A stretch of DNA of 64,000 nucleotides. It comes from the human T2T-CHM13v2.0 reference genome, Homo sapiens. Both the position numbers and the translations under genes were made by a program. The notes beneath the pieces are model-generated. The model had not been told where the DNA came from. It searched no databases and saw only the letters and a program-made list of their open reading frames with translations. Positions 14,601-30,186 of this stretch are shown here, in pieces. The stretch lies in the NCBI RefSeq assembly GCF_009914755.1, contig NC_060926.1; one strand, 5' to 3'. Position 1 is the first letter of the stretch. Each line of letters begins with the position of its first letter.

Positions 14601-17600
14601 CTCTTCCTAAATAATGCTATATAACTGAAATTTTAGTTTTATTGTCACAATAGTGAAGTGTGTTGATAGTCCTATTTCCTGTCAAATTTCTGTGACATTT
14701 CCAGCAGCTTCAAGCACCCCTCACGGGCCAACTCCCCAGAGGTGGAAGATCCGGTATCTCAGGAGGGAGTGCTGCCGGGCTCCATTCCGAAAGCCACACC
14801 TGCCTTGTTACCACGTAGGGATCTGGCAGTTGAAGGCTAGGGGCGGAAAGTGGACAATCAGGATAGAGACAGGACTCGGCAGAGAAGCGGAGTTTTAGTA
14901 CAGATGTACTAAACATCTGTACAGATGTGGAGCCCCCCCCGCATCATCACACTTAACTTCAGGAACAAAGAAACCCAACAGATTTAAAGATAGTAGGGCA
15001 TACCTGCAGGGCTGGTGGCGGGGCAGGTGGCCGGTGCTGCTTCCATGGTGGACTTCGCAGTTGCCCTGGGGATGCTGACCCCTGGACTGGACTTTGCTCA
15101 GTGGTGCCCGCCACAGTGAGCCTCAGCCCCACCTCTGTTGTCTTCACCCTTTGACCTCACTTGAGCCTGGACTGAGGGATTTCCCCTGTCGATGAACCAA
15201 CCTGAGTACTGTGCATCCAGCCTCTCACTGAGCTGGGAACCAGGGGCAGCTACAAAGGAGACAGGAGAAATAGCCGTCCCCCTTGGGCACTGCTGGCCTG
15301 GCAGGAGAGGCCCAGCATGTGTCTAGGGAGGAGCGGAGCGGTTGTGGCCAGCATTGAGCTGGCTGCTTTTCTGTAGGAGCCTGAATCTCAGTCGAGCCTG
15401 GAAGGACATGCAGGTGTTAGGGAGCCAGGATTGCCTGCGTTAGGCACGGGGCTGGGCACACAGAGCACTGGAGGGAATTGGTTGAGTAAGTGATGGAGTA
15501 GTTGATAGCAAAGGGAGACTGGAGAGAGCATTCTGCAGGGGGACAAAGTGCCTGAGCCTAAGAGGGGGAGACAGGCTGTCTGGAGAACATGAAGCAAGTG
15601 CCTGGCCCTGGAGGTGTGTGCCCCTCCTGTCCCCTGTAAATTGTGGGTGGGCCAGGCTGTTGGGGGCATTTGTGGGCCTGGAGTGATGCTGATTTCTGCA
15701 GCCCTGGCGGTTGTCAGTGTGGGCTGGGGTAGAGATGTGTGTTTGTGTATGGAGCAAGGAAGGTCCTAGCCTTGCTCAAGAGGTAAAGAAGCTGCTGGTT
15801 GAGAACAGCTTCATGAATTCTGCAAGAAGAGATGATGATGTTTGCTTCTTTTACATACTGCATTAAAGGTCCCAGACACTGGGGCATTTGCTGATGTCAG
15901 TAAAGAGGGAGTCCTGGATTTCTAGGCACTCACAGTTTCAGAATAAACACATATGTAAACAGCTGATTACCATATGGTGTGATAAATGTGTCAGGATACA
16001 GAGGCAGTTGCTATTGGCAACACCAAATCAGTCATAACCTTCAGGAGTGAACAGGGCTTGTTTGCTCAGGGTCTGGCCAGGGACCCAGAGGACCAGTGTT
16101 GGGGACCCAGAGGGGCCGCGTGGGCCTGCTGCCACTGCGAGCCTGTGTTACAAGACTGAGCAGTGCAGCCGTGACTCTGGCAGGCGAGTTTCCCAAGCCG
16201 AGGTTTCTGGAAGCCACAGCCTGAGCCCAGGGCCTGGAACCTGCAGGCAAAAACTGTGCTGAGACTGATTCCCCAGTGGTCAGCCCCACAGCTGGACTGC
16301 AAGCTGCTTTCCCTGGGCAGACTCAGCCTCCTGCAGGAGGGGTGTGGGAGGGAAGGAGCAGTATCTGTGTGCAGACCTGGGTTCCCCCAGAACTGAGATG
16401 CTGGATGAGGTGCCTGCATCCCCTGAGCTGCTTGGCGAGGAGGACGGTCCATGTTTTCCATCACAGCTGGGAGTAAGAGCAGATATGTGCAAGGCAAGGA
16501 CGTTGTTTCACCTTTTGAAGGAAGGTTGTTAGGAAAACGCCTGCATTTTCTAATCACTGGAGAAGCCCTTTTAAGCAGACCAGATTTATAAGGGTTTTGA
16601 TGAAAACAGTGGTTTGGGAGCAGCAATGTCTTTAATAGCAACAAAGCCCAGAGATGGGGTCTGCCTGCACAGGAGCATGGGCCAGGGGGTCCTGTGTGAC
16701 CTGGGAGGTGTGTGAGGGAGGCCCTGGGCTGGTTCCATGGCAGGGCACAGTCCAGCTTCTTGCTTCCTGGCAGCACAAACCCCTGCCTGTTTCTGGCGGG
16801 GAGATGCTGCCCAGGCTCGGCTGCTTTGCGGTTCTATGTCGGTCACTTTCCCCAGGCCACTTCCTTCCTTTTTCTTCTTATGCCAGCCTGGGCAAGAGGA
16901 ATTTGTGCTTCCTGCCAGCAGGATGGATGGGGGAAAGGCAGTGGCTGGGTGTTTCTCTCTGCTGGAAGGGTTTGCTGGGGTGAATCCTTTCCCTTCACTC
17001 CCTCCTGTAGCCAGGACCTTGTCACCTCCAGGGAGCAGGTGACAGTTTCCTTGACTCCTCACCAGGTTTTCAGGCTCTGCCCTCTTCCTCTCCCCAGCCA
17101 AGCTTGCCTCTGACCTCAGCCAGGAGGAACTTGCTCTAGGGCTTAAGTCAGGTCACATCTAACTTTAAGACCCAGTTTTAGCATCTGGTATGGAGGCAAC
17201 AGCCTGGGCTTTGACAGACTTGGGTTTGCGTCATGACTCGGTACCTGCTACCCGTTCGCTGAGATGCCAGTGAGCAGTCGCTGGTCATGTTACATAGCTG
17301 CCACCTCCCGGAGGCCAGCTCTGTTGTGTGTGCATGCCCATTGAGATGCCCGGGTGCCGCCATACCCCTAGCCTGCGCCTGCCTGTTCTTCCTCCTGTCA
17401 GAGGGCCCTGTTCTTGCTCATAGACTCCTGCACAGCAGCGGGCCTGTCTGTCTGCCTGGCCCTTGGGTGTCCCTGGCATCTGCATGCTGTGTTCCCATGG
17501 TCCTTCTGCTAGTTGGAGCCCTTGTGCCATGCCTTCCTTTGGAGACTCTCCTCTCTGTGCCGTCTCGCATGCCATCCTTGAGGTTTTAGCTCTGTCACCT

Positions 17601-17829
17601 GGCAGCCTGGCCCTTCCCTGCAGCAGGTGAGGACTGAGAGCTGGGCTGTGCCCCTCCCACCCACTTGACCCAGCGGACACTTTGGGAAGTGGCAACCATA
17701 AGTCTGCCTGGCTTGCTCCAGTTGCCCATCTTGTCCTGTGAGTGAAGCTCCTGCTTCCATCTCTCTTGATCTGGCCCCTTCTCTCCATTCCTCCAGCTGC
17801 AGTGGGTGCCCCTGTCATTTGTCAGCCAG

Positions 17830-18487
17830 AGCATTCAACAGCCTCTGCTCCCACTGAGGTCATGGTGATTGTCTTAAAGATTTGCTCTTTAGCTTCTCAG
17901 CTGAAGACACGTTGGTGGCTTCCCTGACCTTTTGGAAAGTAACCAGACTCTGGGTCCTTCTCCTTTGTTGACCTGGCCCCTGCCTCCCTCCCACCCCATC
18001 TCATCCATGCCTGTCCTCTGTGTCAACACGCCTCACTGCCCTGCGCCCGATCCTTTTACACAGGTGGTCCCTCTGTTTGTAGAGTCGCCCTGCTCTTCGT
18101 ATCTCCCTGCCTGTTCTGTGAAGTTCAGCCCAGTGCCCCTTCCTTGGAGGCCACATTAGAGGGCCCTCCTCTGCTGGCTTTGTGCCCCCGTACCCCTTTC
18201 GCAGCTGACTGTCCACATTATACTGTCTGTATCTGTTATTTACTGTCTGTCTTTGACAAACTATGATCTTGGAAGTGCAGAGAACTTGTCTGATTTGTTT
18301 AACCACCTCACTTAGCACATAACTTGTCATATTTTTAATTTATTTTCTATCTCCCCTTCTCCCCATTAGATCATAAGCTTCCTGGGGGCAGGGATTTTTG
18401 ACTCTTACTTAGTGATGCATCCTCAGCACCCAGAATTGCACTGGACACATCATATATGTTTAATATGTGTTTGTTGAATGAATAAAA
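17830..18487 (+). mobile_element. L2 3' fragments
   Basis: Pyrimidine-rich L2 body, TAAGCTTCCTGGGGGCAGGGA and terminal TTTGTTGAATGAATAAA. Confidence 0.55.
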
Positions 18488-19479
18488 CTGACAGGCAACT
18501 ACAGCTTAGATTGCAGGGAGTGAGACATGCTGTTGCCGGAGCTCTGGTGTCATTGGTTCATAGAAAGCTTGTTTCTCTGGCCATGGGGACTTGATTCTTA
18601 GAGGGTAATGGTTCGAAAGTTGAATTAGTGAGTGTAAATCCTTAAAAAAGTAAAAATATGTTTGTGCCCTTGTACAGAGGGGCTGCCTTGCCCTTCTGGA
18701 AGAAGGAATTCCACGTTAGACGTGTTCCCAGCTGCAGTTTTGTTCTGTATCTATTGCCAGCAGGAATCCAAGGATTTCCTTTATTATTTCCAAATTGCTG
18801 CCTCTTAGGAATGGAGAATGCTGCCAGTCTGTGCTCTGTGTTTTTTTTGCTCAGTGGGACCAAAGTAGTTTTGTGGTAGAGAGATACAGAGATACGGCTT
18901 TGAAACAGTTTGAGTCATCTAATTACTGTCCAGGAGGGCTGGGAGGTTAACCCTGGTGGTTGCTTTGGTGATAGTGATCGATGTCTGTGTGACAATTATA
19001 ATGAAGGCTGGTATTATGCCGGGACTTTGAAGAGTCTATCAGATAGTGAAGGAATTGCGAAGCCGTACTATGTTGAGGTCTCCAGAATAAACATCCTCAG
19101 AATGGAAGGTCCAGATGAGAAGGTTACCTTGATGAGAGGCCTTTATGCTTTTTGTGCTATTTTCCTTTATGGGCTCTGGTAGTTCTTTAGTGTTTTATAA
19201 TCTCTTTTCAGAGAAAGCTTTTTGTAAATTCTTCAGATTTTACTTTTTAAGTAACACTTACAAAAGTTGTATGGTGGCTTGGGACCAATACACTTTGCAG
19301 GAAATGCAGAGATGGATAAGAAATGGTTCATTCCCTTCAGGACCTCTCGTTATAGCTTAGCCTATGTAGTGATTAGAGCATCTGCTTTGAAGCCAGCTGG
19401 ACCTGGACTCAGATATAGGTTTTGCTAATTGATACCTGTGTGGCCATGGGCAAATATGCTCATTTACTCATTTGTGTTT

Positions 19480-20000
<521 letters not shown>

Positions 20001-21664
20001 GTTCATTTTTCTTCTTGACGCTATTTGTGCTGCCTCTCAGCTTCCTAAGCTTGAGCTTCCTAAACTGTAAAATGGGAGGCAGCAATAACCAGACTGCCTA
20101 GAGACAGGCTGGTGTGAGAATTCAGTGAGAAAACCCGGGGAGAACATTTAGCCAGAGCCTGTCGCATGGCTGGGGCTCTGGCTAGTGGAGGGAGAGGAGA
20201 CAGCACACAGATTGCACCAGAACAAGGTAATGGCGGCGCGTGGCCTTGCAGGGGCCTTGATAATAGGAGGAGCTCAGAAGCAGGGAGAGATCACTTCCTG
20301 CTGGGGCAGCTGGGACATTGTCATGAAAGACCAGGGAGGGGACAGATGGGACATCTGGGACTTCACAGCCACCTGGGGAAGTGGGCACTATCCCCATTGT
20401 GTGGATCCAGAAGCTGGGCTGTTTCTAATCAGTTAAAATGAGTAGGTAGAGCCAAGGTGAAGGAAGATGGATTTACTCAGGGTTCAGTTGGTTGGACTGT
20501 TGAATTGAGCTGGGGGCAGGTGGAATAAAGTCTGGTCAGCCACTCTGGGGCCGATGCACAGGGGCCCAGCCTGGAGCCCACTTCCGGCCTTGCGAATGCT
20601 TCAGTGGCTTTGCATATTGTCTCTTTGTTCTCACTCTTTAGAAATGTTCTCCCACACCTTCCTTCCAGTGGATTTCTAGAAATACCCTATTTTTCATGAC
20701 TCACCAATTGAACACATCCTGTTTGGGGAAGTGATAAGAGAGGAATTTGAGAATGGCATGGAGTTGACTCCTAATGATGACTGGTGCAAGGAGTAGACGG
20801 CCCAGCCTTCTGCTTGCTCTGCCTCTCACCTGTGTCTCCAGACGAGCTGAATTTCTCCAAGTGCCGTGTTTCACTGTCCCCGCCCGACATATGCCAACTG
20901 GAGCTTTTCCTGTCCTGTTGTAGGCGGGGATCTGTGTGTGGCTACAGAGTGACTAATGGTAGAATTAATCGAGTTAGAGATGGGGCCTGTAGTTTTGAAC
21001 CTGATGAGTTAGATGACCTTTTGGACCACACAGATGGCTGGTCGTCCTGTGCACCAGTGTGGCAGGGATGGAGCTTGTGCCAGCTGCCCCGGGCAGAGTT
21101 GTTTTCTTTTTAAGAGGTAGCCAAGGCAGCCTTGCCTCTCAGGACCCAGCCCTGGTGGGTGGCACCCCAGCCCTTCCCTTTCCAGGGCTCTGATTTTCCT
21201 CATGGCTTGCTGTTATTTCACTCGCAGAGTTCAGATGTTGTTCATTCCAGCAGAGGCCGGATGTGTAAATCATCCTGCAGCAGTTCTGTCTTGTATGGCC
21301 GGAGGCTCCTTGGTGGGCTGATTGGAAAGCCCAGTACATTAGGGAGTGAAGGGAGTGAAGTAAAGAGAAATGGAGGAGGGAGAACTGGAGCTGGGGCACG
21401 TGAGCTGCCGTGGTAGCGTGCGGGAGGCAGGGGAGTTCAGACCACGTCTCGGGGCCAGGAGTGGCTGACAGCTGAGGTGTCGGGCTGGGTAGGGCAGAGT
21501 GAGCCGCATGGCCTGGCAGCTGTGATGGGAACATGTAAGAAGTGGTCAGGCTGCTGTTGTTTTAGATGTCTGAACCCTGAGGGTAGAACTCGGAGAACTT
21601 GGTTGGTGGATGCAGCCGGCAATGCCTTCCCATGAATGGCAAGGGCAGTGGGCTTAGGCAGATA

Positions 21665-21878
21665 GAGCTGCTCCACCTGGCAGTTTAGCCTCCCAGGGGA
21701 CTTCTGGCAAGGTCTGGAGTCATGTTTGATCTGCCAGGACTGGGGACTGGGGTGCTGGTGGCATCTGGTGGGTGGAGGCCAGGATGCTACTACACATCCC
21801 ACAGTGCCCAGGACTGCACCCACCACAAAGAAGTACCTTGTCCCAAGTGTGTCCGGGCCTGATGTTGAGAAACGCTGG
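21665..21878 (+). mobile_element. MER20 hAT-Charlie MITE
   Basis: GGCATCTGGTGGGTGGAGGCCAGGATGCT..CATCCCACAGTGC..CCACAAAGAA..GTTGAGAAACGCTG. Confidence 0.8.
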
Positions 21879-23164
21879 GTCAAAAGGCTTCAGGTGATGG
21901 TGGACTTGGAGGGCCGGTCAGGGAGGGACAAAGGGATGTCCTTGGCACCTGGACTGCTTTGGGGCCCCTGTTTCCTGCTCTTGGTGGGCCTGAGTCTCTC
22001 TGTAAGTTTTGCAGTATGAAGTTGACCTGGATGTTTCATAAGCAGAGGCTTGTAGGTAATCAAGTGCCACGAAGTAAAGATCATTTCGGGCCACTTGAAT
22101 ATATTAAGTTCGTCGACATCTTCAAAGAGTTAGATTGAAATGCTGATCCTCTTATATTCCTGACATATTCTTATCCTTGCCTGTATTATTTTTTTCTGTT
22201 TTTTAACCTGTGTTGTGCAGTATGCCAGATGAACTTTTTAGGGTGTATATTTTGATATCTTACTTTTATGAAGATTAATAAAATTAAAATTGTCTCTGTA
22301 CTGATGTAAAGAGCTTGAACTTAATTTAGTTTTATAATTGTCTGTATAAACATTCTTAATGTCTAAAGAGGATTTTTTACCGGAGAGGCAAAGGGAAATA
22401 AAAACTTGATAAAATTTAAAAAATTAAAAGCAACTGTTATCTGTTATTGTATGTATGTATGTGTAGGTGGTTGTGTGTATGTATGAGCGACACAGACAGT
22501 GCATTTTACTTTTTTGTTTTTTAAAGATCCTGCCTTTAAATTTGGAACTATAATTATTTGTCAGCACAGTTAAATTTTTTTTTTCTTGCTTTTCTTTCTC
22601 TTTCTCCTTTCCTGTGTTGGAGCAAAGGTGCTGTGTGTTGTCTACTTCAGGTTTCTTTTTTGAGTGAATGGGACAAGGACAGGGCAATATCTGAGTGTCA
22701 GAAAGATCCCCCCCGAGGCTGGTGTGGGTACCAGGCAGGGCTGGGGTACGGAGACGGGCAGGCGGACCAGGCAGGGGCTAGTGAAGGCAGGACGAGGTCC
22801 AAGTTGAGGCCATGGCCAAGGGGAGGGGAAGGCAGGAACAGCTTGGAGAAATAGGCAAGAGGGACAAGTCTCTGACCTCTTGGCTGTGCGGGCTGGGAAT
22901 CCAGGAAAACACTGGTTTCTGGCTTGAGTGAGTGGAAGCTTTTTTAAAAAAAGAGAGTTAAAAAAAAAAGCCCTGTTTTGTACACATTTTGATGGTTAAT
23001 GTTGCTTTCTGACTTTTGCTTTTCAAAAAGTGAAAATGGAAAAGTTTAACAGGGCCTCAACTCCTGAGGCTGGATTAGGACATTTCTCATTTACATTGTG
23101 ACTTTTAGATGAAAACATAATTGATACCTTTGAAAAGATTAAGATGGTTCTGCCTATTTTCTGA

Positions 23165-23518
<354 letters not shown>

Positions 23519-24467
23519 TAGATTCTGAGCGACCAGGAGACTGAGTCTTTTCTTGCTCACCTGGTGGAGTACATTGTATACAGTAGGTGCCCATGTTTCT
23601 TCTTTTGATTTGCAGAGCAGTTGTCTTGAGGAAAACCAGTGAGATGATCCCATCTCTTCCCATGATTTTGAGAGTATGATCTCTGTCCCAATTCAGAAGA
23701 GCCCTGAGGTGAGGTAAAGATGTTAGAGGTGAGTGGCATTCTGTGTCTGACCTGTGGCTCCAGTGTGTGGATCCGTGGGCTGGCGTGTCTCACATGTGTG
23801 GACTGGGGTTTCCCTCTTCCACAGGGAGGTGGTCAGTGTGTGGGAGGAGCCATGGCTCTGGCCTCCGACTGCTGGGGTTTGAATTTAGGGTGAGCACTTA
23901 CTAACACTGTTAGCTGACCCGCTACCTACTGATCTTCACACGGATGAGCTTATTGATGGTGCACACAGATGACAGGTTTAGATTGTATGCTGGTTCCTTG
24001 TATTTGTTCTGTTTTTAAAACCTCAGCTCCTCTAGTCTTTGGTAGACACTCTTATGTTATATCTTGGGCAACTTAGTTCCTCTTTCTGGAGCCTCAGTTT
24101 CCCCATCTGTAACACCAGAGAGCTGGACTTAGGGGAACCGCTTGATATTTGACAATACTCCAGGCTTTTGTAAACAAATTGTCCACAGCTTTGCTGAGCT
24201 ACAGCCACATCCGCTTGAAAAAGCATTGTCTTACCAGCCTGTGCAGAATCCAGATCACTTTCATCCACCTTCCCATGGGGGCTGCTCCATCCCTTGTCTT
24301 ACTGGAAATGTCTTTCTCAAGGGTCTTTTCTGGTGTACAGGTCTCCCTGGAGATGGAAAACCATAGCACTGGTTTAAGTACAGTGTTTTGTTTGCATGGG
24401 GAGGAGAGGCTGAGGCAACAGCCTGTGAGTTCAGGAGTAATAAGGTGTTTGTTTCCCTTTTTGGCCA

Positions 24468-25000
24468 GTTTTTTTTTGGTGGCATAATTTACATACAATG
24501 AAATTTACCCTAAGAGTACACTTTGATGAATCTTACAAATGTACAGTTGTGTAATCCCCACCATTATGACCTAAAACACCCCGAAAGCTTCCCTCTTGCT
24601 AACCTGACTGACTTGGTGGTTCTGGTGGCTTTTTTGTAGATTGCCTGGCATTTCTACATAGATGATTTTGTCTTCTGTGAACGCTGTTTGCCTCCTTCCT
24701 TCCTGATCTGTTTGCCTGCTCCTGCTTTCTCTTGCTGTACTGTGTTCCCTGGGCCTCCCGCAGCCTGGAGGGGTAGAGAAAGAGTGGCCTCCTGCCCATC
24801 CCTCCCAGCCCCTCTCTGTCCCGTGGCGTTAGCAGCAAGCGCTTTGTAGCTGCCTGTTAGTGGGTTGCCTTCTGTTCCTAGTTTGCTGGTTTTTTTGTCA
24901 TGAATGGGTGTTTAATTTCATCAGATGCTTTTTCCGCACTGACTGAGATGACCATATGGTTTCCCTTTTTTAGCTTGTTAGTGTGGTGAATTACATTTTT
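24468..25000 (-). mobile_element. Old L1M fragments (3' end plus ORF2 region)
   Basis: GCATAATTTACATACAATGAAAT 3'-end motif; ATGAATGGGTGTTTAATTTCATCAGATGCTTTTTC..GAGATGACCATATGG ORF2-region motif. Confidence 0.65.
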
Positions 25001-25514
25001 AACACTGCAACTACTCTTTGGTGTGGAAGCCTTATGTGTGGGGTAAGCACAGATTTGGTGTCATCATGTTGGGATTTGAGGATTAGCTGTTCTGCACTTC
25101 ATAAGGATATAGTACATTCAGTTATTGACAGCAGCTAGGCTGTGTAGTCACTCCTGTGGGGCTGATTTGTTTAATTATGATTGTTGACCTTTTTACTCTT
25201 TCATTATATTTTGGGTAGAATGAAATCATGTGTGTGGTGATGGAGGGGTGGTGGTGGGGGGAGATAATAACAAACTCTTCTGTAGCCTGAACTCATTAGT
25301 TCTTATAACCCATAGGTGTAGGTACCATTTTCTTTATTTTATGAATGAGAAAATTGAGGTCCAGCTTCTTGGAAGGTAAGAGAAATGAGTCCCATTTCCC
25401 CTAATATTAACCGAGCACCATTTATGTGCCGGCCATTTGGACCCATCTAAGGGGCACAAAACCATTGTTTTTTGTTGTTGTCGTTGTTGTTGAAACCACT
25501 GTAATGGCAGCATC

Positions 25515-25706
25515 TTTTTTTGTTTGTTTTAGATGAGGCCTCACTGTGTCGCCCAGGCTGGTCAGTGGAGTGGTCACGGCTCACTGCAGCCTTGGCCTTT
25601 CTGGGCTCAAGTGATCCACCCACCTCAGCCTCTTGAGTAGCTTGGACTCCAGGTGCACACCACCATGCCCCAGTAATTTTTTTGTAGAGATGAGGTTTTG
25701 TCATGT
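25515..25706 (-). mobile_element. AluJ, 5'-truncated
   Basis: Right monomer and linker only; ends in TTTTGTCATGTT. Confidence 0.85.
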
Positions 25707-25900
25707 TTAAGTGACTTTCCCAAGGCCTTGTAGCTGGTAAGAAGGAGGTCTTCTGTTTCTAAGTTGAATTCTTTTCCCTGTCCTGCTACTTTTGGGGTGG
25801 TTTATGGAAAGAAATTAAGTCAGGATGAAAAAACTAGTCAACTTCTTAGAGCAATGTAGATAAGATTTTCACAGTTGATCTTCACAGACTTATCTAAATA

Positions 25901-26925
<1,025 letters not shown>

Positions 26926-27235
26926 TATCTGGATGAGTCCAAAAACACATTCTAAGATGAAATATTATTAGCTCACATATTTATCTTTTAGGATACAATC
27001 TTTCTTAATTTAGCATGTGTGCTGGAAGATATTTTGTCAGTATTAAGTAATGCTGCAGAATTTTGGTTGAACTGTTGTGCATGTAGAACATTAATTCTTT
27101 GTTTTCCTGATAGTTTTTGGTGAGAGGTTTTCTGGGAAGTCATTGTCCTATTACCACTTTGCATGCTAAACTGGTGCGATTATGAGTTCCTTATCCATAT
27201 CAGGGTTGGGGATGTACATACATACATGAAAATCA

Positions 27236-27440
<205 letters not shown>

Positions 27441-28868
27441 CTAATTGCTTTAAGTAAATGTTCATGCCTCACCAAAGATATGTACTGTAATTTTCCTATT
27501 GTGGATATGTATATTTTCAACTCCTCCAACATTAGTGAGTATATGCCAGACACTGTGCTAAGTCAAGGAAAGCGAGGAGAAGGAAAGGGATGGCATTTTG
27601 ATCTGGACCTGAAAGGTTGAATCTAATAAGTGAGAAGAGAACTCAGGACCTGGCAGGTGGAGGATTACATGGTTGCACATGTTAGGGTCCCAATAAGTTT
27701 AGGGGAGCATGTTAGACAGATTAAGAACTTTGTTATCAGGCGGACACGTGAATTTCACACCTGGTTTTACTACTTGGTAACTGTACTTCTGGGCAAGTTG
27801 GTTAGCTTCTTCGAGCACTAGTTTCCTCATGTGAAGCAAGGAGGAGAAGGCATAACATGTACCTCACAGGCGTTCGTTGTGTTTGCTATCTTGGAAGAGA
27901 GGGGGGAGGTCTGTGCTCTGTGCTGGAATGAAACTTTTTTTTTATTTGGCCAGACAGTGATGGTAGGCATTCTTTGGACCGTGATCTTAGGGGCACATGC
28001 TTTGGCGGTTTACAGATAGAGATCTGACCTGGTCCATGGGAAGTGCAGATTCAGTTCCTTGCTGACACTGTCAGGAGCTCTTCCATCACCTAGCCTTGTG
28101 CCAGCACACTGGTGGTGCTTGGTAAATGTTTGTTGAATAAGTGCACTAAGGTTTCACTGTAACCTCTAGTGATCTGCTTCTAGAAGCCTTTTCTTCTGGT
28201 AGGGTCACACCTAGAGGAATTGGATGCTACAAACTGTGATAGACCCAGTACCATACTCTAGCTGCTGTGTCTAGCTTGACAGGGATGGGCACTTGCGGTG
28301 CCCTCAGCCTGGCTTGAAGTTGACATCTTGTATTGGGCGGTGTGTGGGCTCTGTTCCCTGAGTCTTCATCCTGAAACTGCTGGGGCTGATAGCTGGTCGC
28401 GGGATCACCTTTCAAAGGAACGCAGTCCAGAGGGCTTTGCTTCCTCAGGATGGATTCAAGGAGAGAATCCTCAGCTGATCATCATTTTATCCCATTTTTT
28501 CTGTTTCCTTTACTGTTCCAACTTTTCTTTCTTTTCTCACCTCCTTTATGGAGGAAAATTGCCGTCTGGGGAAGCATGATGCTGGGGAAGTAGGTTTTGA
28601 TTGTCCGATGATTGTCAGGTGAGACTATTACACGTGTTCAGACCATTGGGTGTAAGACATTGGTGCACATTAGCTCCTGCTTTGATATAACTGAGGCCCA
28701 GTAACAACAAATTTTTGCTCAAAAAAAGAGGCATAAGCAGCGTTGTGTGCTTTCTTTATTTTGGCCTACCCTGCATGATGGCTTTAAGTATTATCGGGAG
28801 AAGAAGCATACGGATTAACAAAGATGTGTACTTCACTTTCCAAGAACAGGAATGTTTTGCCCTAGTGA

Positions 28869-29188
<320 letters not shown>

Positions 29189-29798
29189 TAAAGATTTTTT
29201 TTATAATGTGCATTTTTGTCCATAGATTACAATCACTGTTGTTTAGGAACTCAGACGGAAAATGTGACTGAGTCAGAGAAGTAACTGTTAAAATACAACT
29301 TTGCTTACAATATCTGCTTTCTGTACGTCAGGCAGATGAATTGTATTAAAATACTTCCTAGGTCTAGTTTGGTGGAAACCAAAGATATAACTGTATTTGC
29401 AGGGAGATTGGAGAATGAGATAGCGTTTCCACTTACAGAAGCTTGTTTTATCTCACCTAGATTAAGTTGAGGCAGAATGCATGTATAACCAGGGCATTCT
29501 GGTACGTAGTCACTCATTCATCTGCTCATTTATTCAGTAGCACTTTGCTTATTTACTATGCTAGTTGCTGAGGATTCTAAATATGGGCCTTCCAGGACTC
29601 ACAGTTTAGTTGTGAGGGACCGATATAAGTAATTAGGAAATAGTGTAGTAAAAATAGCCAGCAATTTTTGTTCCCTCCCCAGAATAAATGTGCTGTGTGT
29701 GTGTTAGTTTTTATGAAATATGTATATGAAGTTTTCTTTTGGGAATTAGTGGGAACATGATATGTATATAAACTCATCATTAAAATAATTTGAATATC

Positions 29799-30186
<388 letters not shown>

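Noticed and set aside
16066-17101. Longest ORFs (236 aa, 171 aa) in a GC-rich stretch
   Set aside because: No recognisable domain, overlapping ORFs in several frames, composition typical of chance ORFs
17298-17311. CTCF-like motif (CCGGGAGGTGGCAG on minus) and similar partial matches near 33773, 33901 and 34286
   Set aside because: Each mismatches the core; such matches are expected by chance without ChIP support
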